Of a stretch of 45,821 nucleotides of DNA, positions 44,389-45,821 are shown in pieces. Position numbers and translations under genes: made by a program. The notes below the pieces were generated by a model. That model was not told the origin of the DNA, did not search any database, and saw nothing but the letters and a program-made list of their open reading frames with translations. How positions within the stretch are numbered: the first letter of the stretch is position 1; the number at the start of each line of letters is the position of its first letter. Origin of the DNA: an uncultured Candidatus Saccharibacteria bacterium (GTDB taxonomy: Bacteria > Patescibacteriota > Minisyncoccia > Phycocordibacterales > Phycocordibacteraceae); the NCBI GenBank assembly GCA_964395025.1, contig CAYMZP010000001.1, forward strand, positions 1 to 45,821, given 5' to 3'.

Positions 44389-45821
44389 CTATGCTTTTCC
44401 TGCTTTTGTTTTTACTGCCTTCAAAAAAGCAGTGAACAAAGGATGCGGAGCAAGTGGGCGTGCCTGAAGTTCTGGATGGAACTGTGTTCCAAGGAAAAAC
44501 GGATGCACGTCTTGCGGAAGCTCGGCTATTTCCATGAGCACGCCGTTTGGCGACTTGCCTGAAAAGACTATGCCTCCTTTTTCAAGCTGTTCAATGTATG
44601 CCGGATTGATTTCGTAGCGATGGCGGTGACGCTCCTCTACTTCACTTGCACCGTACGCTTCACGCGCAATAGTACCCTTTGAAAGCTCTGCGGTGTATAC
44701 ACCAAGACGCATAGTGCCCCCATAGTTCCCTTCTGCAATGACGTCTTTCTGTTCTGGCATCACATCAACAATTGGATGCGAGGTTGCCGGATTGATTTCA
44801 ACCGTGTGTGCTCCTTCTATCTGCAGTACGTTACGCGCGTACTCAATAACCGCAAGTTGCATACCATAGCAGAGACCAAAGTATGGGATTTTGTTTTCGC
44901 GTGCATAACGAATGGCGTGTATTTTTCCTTCAATGCCTGTCTCCCCGAAACCGCCTGGAACAATAATGCCGTCATATTCCGAAAGAGACTCCACCCCTTT
45001 GCCGTCCTGAAACTCTTTTGCATTTATCCAATCAATTTGTGGCTTCACGCCTACTTTCGCGCCGGAAAACTTTATCGCTTCAATCACTGAAAGATACGCA
45101 TCTGAAAGGACAAAGTCACCGGTATCAAAATACTTCCCTACAATACCAATACGCACGTTTGGTTCCGTAATCTTAATTTGTTTTACAAACTCTTCCCATT
45201 CACGCAGGTCTGCGCGCTTCTTAGGAAGGCCGAGGTGTTCAGTGAGCGCATCACCAAACTCATCTTTTTCAAAATTAAGAGGTACATCGTAAATACTTGC
45301 TACGTCAGGTGCAGAAATAATATGCTCTGAAAGCACATTGCACGAAACGGCAAGCTTTTCTTTGCGTCGTTCGTCCATAGGACCGGTTGAGCGCGCAATG
45401 ATGAAGTCCGGTTGAACACCATAAGAGTTTAGTTCACGTACGGCACTTTGCGTTGGCTTTGTTTTCATTTCGCCAAGTGTTCCCGGTACAGGAAGATAGG
45501 ACACCATGACAAATGCCACATCTTGCGGATGACGCATCTTCATCACTCTCGCTGCATCTATAAAAAGAGCGTTCTGGAAGTCACCTACTGTTCCGCCAAT
45601 TTCAATGACAGAAACTTGGCTTCCGTTATGCGCTGCTGCAGCTTCTATACGGCGTAGAATTTCATCTCGCACATGCGGAATAGCTTCCACACACTTTCCT
45701 CCATACTTGAGTGCGCGCTCGTTCTCAATAACCGTCTGATACACCATGCCAGAGGTCATGTAGTCTTCACTCCCTAAGTCACGCCCGAGGAAGCGTTCGT
45801 AGTTACCCATGTCTTGGTCCG
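44389..45821 (-). CDS. pyrG: CTP synthase, C-terminal ~477 codons (N-terminus lies beyond the right edge)
   Basis: DQDMGNYERFLG, the synthetase-domain remainder, and the GATase domain with GLCYGMQLAVIE and HRHRYE. The frame is open to the window end. Confidence 0.95.
   Translation of the reverse strand, partial: DQDMGNYERFLGRDLGSEDYMTSGMVYQTVIENERALKYGGKCVEAIPHVRDEILRRIEAAAAHNGSQVSVIEIGGTVGDFQNALFIDAARVMKMRHPQDVAFVMVSYLPVPGTLGEMKTKPTQSAVRELNSYGVQPDFIIARSTGPMDERRKEKLAVSCNVLSEHIISAPDVASIYDVPLNFEKDEFGDALTEHLGLPKKRADLREWEEFVKQIKITEPNVRIGIVGKYFDTGDFVLSDAYLSVIEAIKFSGAKVGVKPQIDWINAKEFQDGKGVESLSEYDGIIVPGGFGETGIEGKIHAIRYARENKIPYFGLCYGMQLAVIEYARNVLQIEGAHTVEINPATSHPIVDVMPEQKDVIAEGNYGGTMRLGVYTAELSKGTIAREAYGASEVEERHRHRYEINPAYIEQLEKGGIVFSGKSPNGVLMEIAELPQDVHPFFLGTQFHPELQARPLAPHPLFTAFLKAVKTKAGKA

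Overview
Gene-dense bacterial window using the standard genetic code (TGA ends conserved proteins such as MsrB). I count about 50 CDS, mostly on the minus strand, many with 4-nt ATGA overlaps. The housekeeping genes I recognise are mutY (partial), nth, msrB-msrA, a DEAD-box helicase, typA/bipA, an ABC exporter, mltG, metK behind a SAM-I riboswitch, a NUDIX hydrolase and pyrG (partial). Accessory content has four parts. (1) An MFP+RND efflux pair. (2) An ECF sigma factor with a DUF5667-type anti-sigma factor. (3) An ~11 kb, eight-gene, tightly coupled minus-strand operon (21007-32050). Every product is secreted or membrane-anchored: two paralogous cohesin-like anchored proteins, one dockerin protein with duplicated Ca-binding-like Cys modules, a two-Ig-domain C-terminally anchored protein, a 311-aa/1195-aa paralog pair (the large one has BNR repeats and a ~280-aa glycine-rich module inserted into the shared C-terminal domain), a beta-lactamase-fold serine hydrolase and a TM protein. 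This operon is the best candidate for a novel system, possibly a surface or host-attachment apparatus. (4) A ~9 kb run of small membrane, redox and ion genes (Kv channel, MgtC, cupredoxin, cupin, cytochrome b5-like, DgkA, DoxX, DUF1761 and others). It is bracketed by two copies of a 43-nt near-perfect palindromic repeat and ends at a tRNA-Gln that sits among fragments of a second tRNA-Gln copy. Non-coding candidates are an orphan ~190-nt RNA bounded by a promoter and a terminator (about 5015-5204), a ~260-nt structured RNA (possibly SRP RNA) at about 940-1200, and a long structured 5' leader upstream of the helicase. Gene content (cohesin/dockerin, DUF5667, many tiny membrane proteins, compact operons) suggests a Patescibacteria/CPR-like genome. 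That is inference only. No CRISPR array, transposase or integrase was seen.
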